In this document: positions 22,117 to 31,077 of the stretch, piece by piece
Layout: the number at the start of each line of letters is the position of its first letter
Position numbering within the stretch: position 1 is the stretch's first letter
The notes under the pieces: generated by a model
The model's database searches: none
Seen by the model: the letters and a program-made list of their open reading frames with translations, nothing else
Told to the model about the DNA's origin: nothing
Translations under genes and position numbers: made by a program
Assembly: GCA_029907315.1 (NCBI GenBank)
Contig: JARYME010000005.1
Location: 1-53,579, forward strand
Origin: Armatimonadota bacterium
Lineage (GTDB): Bacteria; Armatimonadota; UBA5829
DNA: 53,579 nt
Reading direction: 5' to 3'

Positions 22117-24458
22117 ACAGCGTGAGGATCCCTATTGCATCGGCTTTGCTGCTAATCCTAGCTGTAGGTGCAGGTTTGTGCTGGACCACACCGGTGCCTG
22201 TTGCTAGGACCTCTCAGGATAGTTTAGATCCCCGCGTTGCGTCTGACGACCGCGGTAACGCATATGTAGTTTGGCGCGAGCGAGTAGGTGGGACCACGTT
22301 CCAGATTTGGTACGCATCGAATGTGAATGGTAACTTTGCCAACCCCGTGCAGATATCTCAGGGTGGATCTGCGCACTGTTATTGGCCTGTCATTGTTGTA
22401 GATGGTTCTGTTGTGCATACCGCATGGACTAGTGATCAAACAGGTTCTAATTTCGAAATATGGTACCGCAAGCTTCACGGCTCTTGGGGACCTATCTACA
22501 ACGCCAGTAACACTGCTATCAAATCGCTGCGACCTGCTATTGCGACAAAAGGGTCTGTGGGACCGATCGTCACATGGGACGAAGCGCTATATGCTGACGA
22601 CAACTACGACGTCCTATTCTCCGAGTGGATCGGCAGCGGCTTCAGTAGTGCCTTCAACGTGTCCGATACACCCGGTGGTCCAGTTTACGGTTCGGTCAAT
22701 TCTAGTGTTGCCGTTGCGCCCAACGGAGACGTCACAGTTATCTGGGCCGAACGGATAACCGGCGACTATCACATAAATGCAAGGCGCCGTGTATGCGGAT
22801 TGTGGTTTCCCAGACAGGAAATATCAACCAAAGCGACAGGTCCAGCCACTCCTGGTATTGCTGTAGGACCGGATAACCAGGTGCACATCGTTTACAACGC
22901 GGAAGGTCAAAACTGGTATCAAAAATGGAACGGATCGTCATGGACAGCACCGGTCGCTTTACCAGGTGGTGTTCCCAATCTTCTGAGACCTAAGATCGCT
23001 GTTGATGACTATGGATTCTGCCACGTTGTTGCCGATAACAGTTCTTACGGCGTGGGAGAAATATGGTACTCCACTAATGTTTCGGGCTTATGGAGTCCTT
23101 GGGTCAACATCTCCAATACGCCGGGGTCCAATTCGCTCCTTGCCGATATAAGCTACGGAGGCGGTATCATAACGGTTGTTTGGGAGGAAAACTCCGACCA
23201 GGCAGGCGGCACCGGTGTCTACAACGTGTGGTATACGCAGCAAATTGTGCGCCCACCTGAGCCTTCCGGGATACTCTCAGGCAGAGTTGTCGATCAGTTC
23301 GGCAAAGGAATTGCCGGAGTAACTGTTGCGGCAGGTCCTTTCGAAACCGCAACCAGCGAAGGAGGGAACTACTCTCTCGTTCTTCCGCCGGGTTGCTACA
23401 CAGTCTCCGCAACCAAGCTTTATTATGCCGGCAAAACCGTCTCGGGGGTTCAAGTGCTAGCAAATCAGATTACATATCTCGACCTCACAGTAACCGCGAG
23501 CCCCCCAAGTGCAGTCAGCTTCTTTGCTGTCACGCCGTCGGACGGTGTTAACAGGATCATATGGACGAATCCTGTGAGCCCGAATTTTATCGGAACTGTC
23601 ATCCAGTTCAAAGAGACAGGTTTTCCGACAAGTCCGACGGATGGCACAAGGCTTTGCGAACGCTTGGCGCTTCCAGGTTCTTCGGATAGCTTTGAGCACG
23701 TCGGGTTGACTAACGGTGTGACATACTACTACGCAGCGTTTGCGCACGATCTCGACGGTCATTTCGCACCGCCGGTGTACGCGTCAGCTTCGCCGCACTT
23801 GATCTCATGTCTTGAGGCAAAACTTGCACCAGAAGGCGCGACAGTTGATCTGAAGCGGAAAATCGTCTCAGCAGTGTTTCCGTTGCTCGGCTATATCTAC
23901 GTTCAGGATGAAAACGGCGCATCTGGCATGCGGGTGAGCTACAGCGGAACGGACGTGAGCGTGGGAGATGTGGTCAGCCTCACTGGCAAAGTTACTACTC
24001 GCTATGTCAGCAGTAGACCTTCTGAGCGCCAGCTTACTCTCACGACATCAATTTCCAAGCCATCTTCAGGACACGTAGTTAAACCTCGGGCAATGACGTG
24101 CCGTGCAGTAGGCGGGGCGGTGATTTCTGGCGAGTATGCCACAGTTCCCGGCGTTATGGAAAGCGACGGTCGGTCAGGAGTAGGGCTCAACAATATGGGG
24201 CTCCTTGTGCGTATTGCGGGCAAGGTGACGGCTAAACTTAACGACACCTTTTGGCTGGATGATGGGTCTCGCGTACAGGACTACCTTGGCCGAATCGGTG
24301 TAATGGTGAGGTGCCCAGATGCCAACATCCCTGCTGCTGTGGGCGACTTTGTATGCGTCACGGGTATAGTCGAAGGCTCAATACCTGTTGGTTGGGAAAC
24401 CAACAGGCGCTTCATTCGACTGCGTTCTTGGTCAGATATGCAGGTGGTCTCAAAATAA
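22113..24458 (+). CDS. Secreted multidomain paralog: propeller, carboxypeptidase-regulatory-like domain, FN3-like domain, same C-terminal module
   Basis: Signal peptide; propeller-like repeats; 'SGRVVDQFGKGIAGVTV...GGNYSLVLPPGCYTVSATK'; 'LTNGVTYYYAAFAHD'; 4-nt overlap with the upstream paralog. Confidence 0.8.
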   Translation: MNSVRIPIASALLLILAVGAGLCWTTPVPVARTSQDSLDPRVASDDRGNAYVVWRERVGGTTFQIWYASNVNGNFANPVQISQGGSAHCYWPVIVVDGSVVHTAWTSDQTGSNFEIWYRKLHGSWGPIYNASNTAIKSLRPAIATKGSVGPIVTWDEALYADDNYDVLFSEWIGSGFSSAFNVSDTPGGPVYGSVNSSVAVAPNGDVTVIWAERITGDYHINARRRVCGLWFPRQEISTKATGPATPGIAVGPDNQVHIVYNAEGQNWYQKWNGSSWTAPVALPGGVPNLLRPKIAVDDYGFCHVVADNSSYGVGEIWYSTNVSGLWSPWVNISNTPGSNSLLADISYGGGIITVVWEENSDQAGGTGVYNVWYTQQIVRPPEPSGILSGRVVDQFGKGIAGVTVAAGPFETATSEGGNYSLVLPPGCYTVSATKLYYAGKTVSGVQVLANQITYLDLTVTASPPSAVSFFAVTPSDGVNRIIWTNPVSPNFIGTVIQFKETGFPTSPTDGTRLCERLALPGSSDSFEHVGLTNGVTYYYAAFAHDLDGHFAPPVYASASPHLISCLEAKLAPEGATVDLKRKIVSAVFPLLGYIYVQDENGASGMRVSYSGTDVSVGDVVSLTGKVTTRYVSSRPSERQLTLTTSISKPSSGHVVKPRAMTCRAVGGAVISGEYATVPGVMESDGRSGVGLNNMGLLVRIAGKVTAKLNDTFWLDDGSRVQDYLGRIGVMVRCPDANIPAAVGDFVCVTGIVEGSIPVGWETNRRFIRLRSWSDMQVVSK

Positions 24459-24561
24459 TGCTGCAGGTGCAAAAATGCAGCACCCCAACAAATGACACCA
24501 GTCTATGAACTCTCCGTTAGCAAACCCTACAGATAGCAGGACTACATGCGCTTGACGAGTT

Positions 24562-25989
24562 CTAATGCTTGATCCCAACAGACGAATAGTGTCCTACTCT
24601 CTCAATATTGTCCCGGGTTAGATCGACGTCGCTCAACTTGTCCAGATCTGCCACAGGGTAGGGGAACGGTCCGGACAAAGGGATCTTGTCGATCCATCTG
24701 GCACGAAACTCAGGATCCTGCATTCTGCACGAATTTTTGTGGCAGGCATACCCTTCATGCGATATCATGTCGGACCATATGTCCTCCAACGATTTTTCTC
24801 GAACGTTGCCAAACGATAGCGGTGTAAAGTCGCATGGAGTCACGTCGCCGTACGCCGTCATATAGAACTGACACCACCCTGCATAGCAGCCGACTCCAGT
24901 GGGGCCATTCACATGCGCCTGGGTTATAACTAGCGGCGGCTTGTTCTTGTTGTATTCGTCCTCGATTCTGCACAGCTCGGCTTTGTCCTCGTCTGACAGA
25001 AGATGCTTCCGATCTTCGAGAAGGAGCCTGCCTGTAGGAACAACGTCGAAAATAGTTATCTCGTCAACCCCGATCGACTTCGCCAGTTCAATCATCTGAA
25101 CCACTTGACCATTATGAAGTCGCTCAGGAGTAGCGTAAGTCGAGATTCCTGCGAGAAGGCCGGCGTCTTTGCATCGCTTCAATCCCTCAATTGCTTTTTC
25201 AAAACATCCAGGCAGCCGCCGCATCTCATCGTGAGCGCGTGGGTCAGGTGAGTCAATTGAAACATGTACACACCACAACCCTGCCTCTACCAGCTTTCTT
25301 ACGTTTTCTTCAGTGAGCAGCATGCCGTTCGTGAACATCAGTACCACAGCCTCGTTCTTATCAACCCACTCAATCAACTCGAATATGTCAGGCCGGAGCA
25401 GGGGTTCTCCACCAGTAAAAACAACGCTGACTACGCCGAGTTTCTCAGCATCGCGAATCACCTGTTTCCACTCGTTCGTTGAAAGCTCTGGCACGTCCTT
25501 GCGCTTGTGACGAGCTGCTGAACAGTGGATGCAATTTGCCTGGCAGCGTGTCGTTACCTGCAGCGTGCAAACTGTGGGCTGGGGATGTCCCGTAAATTCC
25601 AGCATCAGCCTGCTGCCGAGAAGTTTCATTGACGCATTCGATGGGACGGGTGGCTGGTAGGAAGTGAAGATCAGCAAGTCGTCTCTTCTTGCATAGGGCT
25701 TGCCCCTCCTGCGAATAGCCGTTTGCACACCTTCTACTGCCTTCTTGGCTTGAGGTAATATCGCCATTGGACCTGTTGCTCTGGCGGAGAAAGTGCCATC
25801 TTCAGAGACTTCAGTCTCCATTCCCAGTAGCTCCACTTCACGCGCGTGCGTGACGGCGAGAGCTTGCGCTGCCAATCTGATCAACCTATTGCCCGCGATA
25901 CGCGGTCCCAGTGAGCGAGCCAAAGGCCCTGTAAACTCCGGGTTGTGTCCGGGTTTCATTCTCAGCAGGCTGAAGTGCTTTGTTGCCAT
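24562..25989 (-). CDS. Radical SAM protein with SPASM/Twitch-like C-terminus and N-terminal extension
   Basis: CxxxCxxC 'CQANCIHC', 'TGGEPLL', C-terminal 'CYAG...GDVTPC...CHKNSC'; AGGAG RBS. Confidence 0.9.
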   Translation of the reverse strand: MATKHFSLLRMKPGHNPEFTGPLARSLGPRIAGNRLIRLAAQALAVTHAREVELLGMETEVSEDGTFSARATGPMAILPQAKKAVEGVQTAIRRRGKPYARRDDLLIFTSYQPPVPSNASMKLLGSRLMLEFTGHPQPTVCTLQVTTRCQANCIHCSAARHKRKDVPELSTNEWKQVIRDAEKLGVVSVVFTGGEPLLRPDIFELIEWVDKNEAVVLMFTNGMLLTEENVRKLVEAGLWCVHVSIDSPDPRAHDEMRRLPGCFEKAIEGLKRCKDAGLLAGISTYATPERLHNGQVVQMIELAKSIGVDEITIFDVVPTGRLLLEDRKHLLSDEDKAELCRIEDEYNKNKPPLVITQAHVNGPTGVGCYAGWCQFYMTAYGDVTPCDFTPLSFGNVREKSLEDIWSDMISHEGYACHKNSCRMQDPEFRARWIDKIPLSGPFPYPVADLDKLSDVDLTRDNIERVGHYSSVGIKH

Positions 25990-26092
25990 ATCTGGGAGAC
26001 TCCTCCTTCGAAGCTTAGTGGAAAAGCCCAGCTAAAATATTCTACTCCTCAGATTTCGGTTTGTTCAACCTGGTGCATCTTCAACGTCAATC

Positions 26093-26121
26093 TTGTTTGT
26101 CTGAAACTGCTGTGCTATACT
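26093..26121 (+). promoter_or_regulatory. Putative promoter of dnaN
   Basis: TTGTTT-N17-TATACT with extended TG. Confidence 0.5.
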
Positions 26122-26160
26122 AACGCCGAGTTCGAAGACGTTATTCTTGGAGGCAAACCT

Positions 26161-27258
26161 GTGCGAGTTATCTGTTCAAGGAAGGGGTTGCAAGAGGGTG
26201 TTCAGACGGTGGCGCGCGCAGTCAGCCCGCGTACGTCACTGCCTATACTTGGGCACATCCTTATGAAGACCGAGGATGACAGACTGCGCCTGGTCGCTTA
26301 TGACTTGGAAATCGGGTTAGAGCATACGGTCGAGGCGAGTGTCCAGGAGCCGGGTGCGCTGACCATTCCGGCACGTGTCGTAAACGAGATTATATCTACG
26401 CTGCCCGATGCGGACGTCGAACTGTCTACCGATACGGAGAGCACTGTAAACTTAAAGTGCGGAACGTCCCAGTTTTCAATCTTGGGCTTGCCTCCGGAAG
26501 AGTTTCCAATGCTTCCGGAAGTGACTAAGGAAGTGCGGTTCAAGATCGATAGCGAGGTTCTTCGCGAGGGCATCTCGAAAACCATATTCGCTGTCAGCAC
26601 CGACGAATCACGCGTCATTCTCACCGGTATGCTGCTTCAAGTAAGTCCCGAACAGCTCAAGCTCGTTTCCACGGATACTCACAGGCTGTGCGTTTTCGAT
26701 TGCCCGATTAGTGAGTGCGAGGGATCGGTTAATGCGATCGTGCCGGCTCGCGCGATGCAGGAGGCAACCAGGATTGCCGGCGAGGGCGGCGAAGTCGACG
26801 TGGTTATCTCGCCAACCCAGATCAAGTTTACTTGTGGTCAAACGGTGTTGGTTTCGCGATTGATAGAAGGGCAGTTTCCGAATTTTGAGAAGGTTATTCC
26901 GACCGAATACAGCAGAAAGCTCATCATACCGACGGAGCAGTTTGCGCAGGCTATGCGCAGGGTAGAGATTGTTGCGCGAGAGAGTTCGCAAAGAACGAAA
27001 TTCACGATTACAGACGGGACGCTGACACTGACTGCGGAGGCGCCTAACATCGGCCGAGCACACGAGGAAGTAGAGGTTATCAAGGAGGGAGAGGACATCA
27101 GGCTGGCTTTCAATGCCAAGTACATTCTGGACGTGCTCAGTGTGAGCGATACCGAAGCAATTGAGATGGAGCTTTCGGGAGAGGTGAGTCCTGCATTAAT
27201 ACGGCCGCAAGGTAAAGAGGACTACCTCTACGTATTGATGCCTATGCATATGGACTGA
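26161..27258 (+). CDS. dnaN: DNA polymerase III beta sliding clamp
   Basis: 'SLPILGHI', 'STDTHRL', 'SRLIEGQFPNFEKVIP', 'AFNAKYILD', C-terminal 'YVLMPM'; GGAGG RBS before GTG 26161. Confidence 0.97.
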   Translation: MRVICSRKGLQEGVQTVARAVSPRTSLPILGHILMKTEDDRLRLVAYDLEIGLEHTVEASVQEPGALTIPARVVNEIISTLPDADVELSTDTESTVNLKCGTSQFSILGLPPEEFPMLPEVTKEVRFKIDSEVLREGISKTIFAVSTDESRVILTGMLLQVSPEQLKLVSTDTHRLCVFDCPISECEGSVNAIVPARAMQEATRIAGEGGEVDVVISPTQIKFTCGQTVLVSRLIEGQFPNFEKVIPTEYSRKLIIPTEQFAQAMRRVEIVARESSQRTKFTITDGTLTLTAEAPNIGRAHEEVEVIKEGEDIRLAFNAKYILDVLSVSDTEAIEMELSGEVSPALIRPQGKEDYLYVLMPMHMD

Positions 27259-27263
27259 GAGCC

Positions 27264-27292
27264 TTGATTTGGTCCTCGGTTGTTGCTATACT
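27264..27292 (+). promoter_or_regulatory. Putative sigma70 promoter upstream of the TPR/ASKHA genes
   Basis: TTGATT-N17-TATACT with extended TG; implies a ~190-nt leader. Confidence 0.55.
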
Positions 27293-27487
27293 GCATAATG
27301 ACGGGAGAGTGGTCAGGACCGCATAGTTCGTAAGGTAAAGCTCTCAGATTCAAAGAAAGCAAATCCGATTGGCGGTTTCTCGACTGTTCCGTTACTTGCC
27401 GACAGGACGTTCTGATTGGGTTGCCGCTCGATAGGGCGTTCGTAATCATTTATAGCTTATATCCTGATCGTCCTGAGAGGCTGGGGA

Positions 27488-27838
27488 ATGGGGCAGATTG
27501 AGGAGCATTACGAACGCGGCCTGGCACTGAAGAACGAAGGTCGATACGAAGAGGCTCTGGCAGAGTTTAGAGCGATTCTAGAGATTGACGCCGAGCACTC
27601 CGAAGCTCACAGACAGATCGGATTGATCTATGGGTTTACGGGGTTGTTCGACGAGTCGATAGAGGAGCTCTCTCTTGCCGTGCGTCTGGATGCGAATAAT
27701 CTTGGCGCACGAAATGACCTTGCTCTGACATACTGCATGCTCGGTATGACAGAGCAGGCAAAGGCCGAATTCGAGTATGTTTTGGCCGTTGATCCCGACA
27801 ACGAGGTAGCCAAAAAGAACATAATCTACTTCGTCTAA
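27488..27838 (+). CDS. Small tetratricopeptide repeat protein (~3 TPRs)
   Basis: 'GRYEEALAEFRAILEIDAEH', 'AKAEFEYVLAVDPDN'. Confidence 0.88.
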   Translation: MGQIEEHYERGLALKNEGRYEEALAEFRAILEIDAEHSEAHRQIGLIYGFTGLFDESIEELSLAVRLDANNLGARNDLALTYCMLGMTEQAKAEFEYVLAVDPDNEVAKKNIIYFV

Positions 27839-27863
27839 TCACGGCCGCGACGGGTTGTAGCAC

Positions 27864-29729
27864 ATGTCAAAACGTAAACTGCTGCGGGTTGTTTTTGAGC
27901 CCGACGGGACCGAACTACTTGTCCCGGCGGGCACTTTATTGTCTAGAGCCGCTGCGGCCGCGGGTTACGGCATCGAAACGCCCTGTGGAGGTATGGGCAT
28001 CTGCGGTAAGTGCAAAGTATTGGTGAAAGGAGAACTGTCACAGCCTGATTCCTCCGAGCGCCGGCTTCTAACCCAACAGGAACTTGCTGAAGGCTTCAGA
28101 TTGGCGTGCCGCACTAAGGTCTCCGCAGACATAACCGTGTCGATTCCCCCGGAAAGCCGCTCACGTGTTCAAAAGATTCTGAGCCAGGGGGTTTTTCGTC
28201 AGTGCGAAGTAGATTCCAGAATACGCAAAACTTACTGTCGACTGGATCCACCCAGTTTGGACGATGAGCGCGCAGAGTTTGAAAGACTTGCTGATCACCT
28301 CAGCAAAGAAGAAATTACTCTTCGACCAAACCTCAGTGTTGTGCGAACTATATCTCATGCGCTACGAGAAGCCGACTACAGGGTTACCGCGGTTTTATAT
28401 GAAAACGAGCTCATAGCCTTGGAGCCTGGCGATACCACCTCGCAGTGCTATGGCATCGCCTATGACCTAGGCAGTACTACCATAGTGGGCTACCTGCTGG
28501 ACCTCTCAACAGGCCGAGAGCTCGCGGTGTCCGCTCTTATGAATCCGCAAACTGTGTACGGCGAAGACCTTGTCTCACGCATCAGTTTTGCAACCACACA
28601 AGACAAAGGAGCGGAACTCCTGAGGGCTGCGGCGGTGGACGCTCTCAGCAGAATTGCGAAAATGCTTGTCGATTCAGCGGGAATAAAGCTCGAAAACGTC
28701 TACAAGGCGACCGTTGTCGGAAACACTTGCATGACGCATCTGCTTCTAGGAATCAATGTTGCAAGTCTCGGTCAGTCGCCGTATGTTCCGGCGGTGTGCT
28801 CGGACATCAGAGTTTCTGCGCGCGAACTTGGCCTGCCTATCGCTTCGGAAGCACCCGTCATCGTTCTACCGAACGTTGCTGGGTTTGTAGGTTCGGACTT
28901 GGTGGCTGTTCTGCTTTCAGTGGAGTGGGAGAAAGATGGAAGGACGCGACTTGCCGTAGACATCGGCACAAACGGCGAAATGGCATTACTTCACGGTGGT
29001 AAGACCTACGTCTGCTCTGCTGCCGCGGGTCCTGCATTCGAGGGTGCTGGTATCAGCTGCGGGATGAGAGGAAGCCCAGGAGCCATTGACAGCGTGGTCA
29101 TATCTGATGACGTGTACATCAGCACTATCGAAAATCGCAGACCGGTTGGGATATGCGGGTCGGGGTTGGTTGATGCTGTCGCACAGATGTTGGACGCAGG
29201 AATAATTGATGAGTCAGGACGGATGCTTTCTCCGGACGAAGCTGCGGACTTGCCTGAACCAATCAGGCGGCGTTTAATCCACGGTGAGAACGGCCCTGAA
29301 TTTGTTCTCGCCGAAAGGCGTCAATCCGGAACTGGCAAGCCGATCACTCTGACCCACACTGACATCAGGCACTTGCAGCTTGCGAAAGGATCTATCAGAG
29401 CTGCGGTGGCTACGTTGATACGCGCGGCAGGCGCCTCAGAGGACGACCTATCGGAAATCTTGCTTGCGGGTGCATTCGGCAACTACATCAGGGTGGAAAG
29501 CGCAATACGCATAGGACTGATCCCGTGTGTGCCGCGTGATAAAGTGGTATCAATTGGCAATGCCGCGGGGACAGGCGCGCGTCTCGCTCTGCTATGTGAA
29601 CAAGAGATGCAGACTGCAAGGGAGCTGGCCCGCAAGGCCGAGCATCTTGAGCTGGCGGTTTCGCCCGACTATCAGTCGGAGTTGATGGAATGCATGATGT
29701 TCCCAAGGGTTTGCGCTCCAGCACATTAG
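27864..29729 (+). CDS. ASKHA-domain protein with N-terminal 2Fe-2S ferredoxin: reductive activator of corrinoid enzymes (RACE/RACo/AcsV, DUF4445 type)
   Basis: 'CGGMGICGKC...RLAC', 'DLGSTTI', 'DIGTNGE', 'AAGPAFEG', 'GICGSG', 'LAGAFG', 'GNAAGTGA'; adjacent to a corrinoid protein. Confidence 0.92.
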   Translation: MSKRKLLRVVFEPDGTELLVPAGTLLSRAAAAAGYGIETPCGGMGICGKCKVLVKGELSQPDSSERRLLTQQELAEGFRLACRTKVSADITVSIPPESRSRVQKILSQGVFRQCEVDSRIRKTYCRLDPPSLDDERAEFERLADHLSKEEITLRPNLSVVRTISHALREADYRVTAVLYENELIALEPGDTTSQCYGIAYDLGSTTIVGYLLDLSTGRELAVSALMNPQTVYGEDLVSRISFATTQDKGAELLRAAAVDALSRIAKMLVDSAGIKLENVYKATVVGNTCMTHLLLGINVASLGQSPYVPAVCSDIRVSARELGLPIASEAPVIVLPNVAGFVGSDLVAVLLSVEWEKDGRTRLAVDIGTNGEMALLHGGKTYVCSAAAGPAFEGAGISCGMRGSPGAIDSVVISDDVYISTIENRRPVGICGSGLVDAVAQMLDAGIIDESGRMLSPDEAADLPEPIRRRLIHGENGPEFVLAERRQSGTGKPITLTHTDIRHLQLAKGSIRAAVATLIRAAGASEDDLSEILLAGAFGNYIRVESAIRIGLIPCVPRDKVVSIGNAAGTGARLALLCEQEMQTARELARKAEHLELAVSPDYQSELMECMMFPRVCAPAH

Positions 29730-29744
29730 ATGCAATAGGAGAAC

Positions 29745-29773
29745 TTGCGCGCCGCGGGGGAACTGGTTATACT
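29745..29773 (+). promoter_or_regulatory. Putative internal promoter for the corrinoid protein gene
   Basis: TTGCGC-N17-TATACT. Confidence 0.45.
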
Positions 29774-29878
29774 GTTTACGGTTTCTGTTTGCCGGTGGAC
29801 TGAGCGGGGAGCCGGCAGGCGGTTCTTCTTCGTCTTTGCTGCGTGTTCATCAACATAATAGATGCAGGAGGAGCAAAA

Positions 29879-30511
29879 GTGGCGGATCTACAAGCATTGG
29901 CGCAGGCCATAATCAACGGCAAGGCCCCCGAGGCAAAAGCCCTTACTGAGAGTGCGCTCGCGGAGGGCGTAAGCCCGGCGGACATCCTTAATCAGGGCTT
30001 GATTGCCGGAATGAACGTTGTGGGCGAGAAGTTCAAGAACAATGAATTCTATGTGCCGGAAGTTCTCATAGCAGCGCGGGCTATGAAGACGGCGATGGAG
30101 GTTCTGCGCCCGCAGTTAGCCAAGAGTGGTGTACAGCCGGTGGGCAAGGTTGCAATCGGTACCGTGCGTGGCGACCTGCACGACATTGGCAAGAACCTGG
30201 TAGCCATGATGCTCGAAGGTGCCGGCTTTGAAATAAATGATCTGGGGGTTGACGTCAAGCCGGAGCGGTTCGTAGAAGTGGCCAAGGAAGGTGCAGACAT
30301 TGTCGCTATGTCGGCATTGCTGACGACTACTATGCCCGCAATGAAGGATACGATCGACGCACTTATCGCGGCAGGTGTGAGAGATAAGGTAAAAGTAATG
30401 ATCGGTGGCGCACCGGTTACCCAGAATTACTGCGATGAAATAGGGGCTGACGGATATGCACCTGATGCCGCCAGCGCTGTCGATAAGGCAAAGGAACTTC
30501 TGAACGTATAG
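29879..30511 (+). CDS. Methyltransferase cognate corrinoid protein (MtaC/MttC-like B12-binding)
   Basis: Cap domain 'GMNVVGEKF...YVPEVL', DxHxxG 'DLHDIGKNLV', 'MSALLTTT', 'IGGAPV'; AGGAGG RBS before GTG 29879. Confidence 0.95.
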   Translation: MADLQALAQAIINGKAPEAKALTESALAEGVSPADILNQGLIAGMNVVGEKFKNNEFYVPEVLIAARAMKTAMEVLRPQLAKSGVQPVGKVAIGTVRGDLHDIGKNLVAMMLEGAGFEINDLGVDVKPERFVEVAKEGADIVAMSALLTTTMPAMKDTIDALIAAGVRDKVKVMIGGAPVTQNYCDEIGADGYAPDAASAVDKAKELLNV

Positions 30512-30627
30512 GGGCGCAAGTCGACGACCATCATAATCACACAGGTAATACACGATGTGGTTTGTTGAAGGCAGGGTATTACAACGGTAACCCTGCCTTC
30601 GTCACTATTCTTCGGAGAACAAAAGCG

Positions 30628-31077
30628 TTGACGGACAGCGAAACACCGGTTGGAAATCTCACACTCCGGACGTTCATTGTTCTCTGCATCGCGATTACGC
30701 TTGGTGCTTTCGGACAGGTCTTCCTGAAGATGGGTCTAGGCGCTCAGGGTATTCCACCAGGGCGCGGATTGTTCGAAACTGTTGGGAACATAGCGTTGGC
30801 GATGCTGAGGCCGAAAGTTATGTTGGGTCTTGTCCTATACGTGACAAGTACGTTTTTCTGGCTCACGGCAGTGAGCCGCGTAAGGCTTAGCGTGGCTTAT
30901 CCGATGATAAGCCTCAGCTATCCGCTCGTCGTAGTCTTGTCGGCTGTGATTCTCCACGAGCAGGTTAAGTGGGGTTGTGCACTAGCAGGACTGTTTTTCA
31001 TTTGCTCGGGGGTGTCGTTCATAGGTATAGGCTTGGGCAGAATGGGTGAATCACGGAAGGAGTGCACCAGCCGTTGA
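30628..31077 (+). CDS. Small 4-TM DMT/SMR-like transporter (ArnE/ArnF-like flippase subunit)
   Basis: 'GQVFLKMG', 'WLTAVSRVRLSVAYPMISLSY', 'LHEQV'. Start uncertain (30562 or 30628). Confidence 0.8.
   Translation: MTDSETPVGNLTLRTFIVLCIAITLGAFGQVFLKMGLGAQGIPPGRGLFETVGNIALAMLRPKVMLGLVLYVTSTFFWLTAVSRVRLSVAYPMISLSYPLVVVLSAVILHEQVKWGCALAGLFFICSGVSFIGIGLGRMGESRKECTSR

Noticed and set aside
24459-26160. RiPP cluster around the radical SAM/SPASM gene
   Set aside because: No precursor peptide, RRE, protease or exporter was seen in the flanks.
25945-26160. N-terminal 72-aa extension of DnaN
   Set aside because: It spans the promoter; the RBS and family homology point to GTG 26161.
27299-27487. Calling the leader a cobalamin, glycine or THF riboswitch
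   Set aside because: Core consensus elements (B12 box, CCGAAG, GCGUUAAGUG) are missing or incomplete; kept only as an unassigned candidate.
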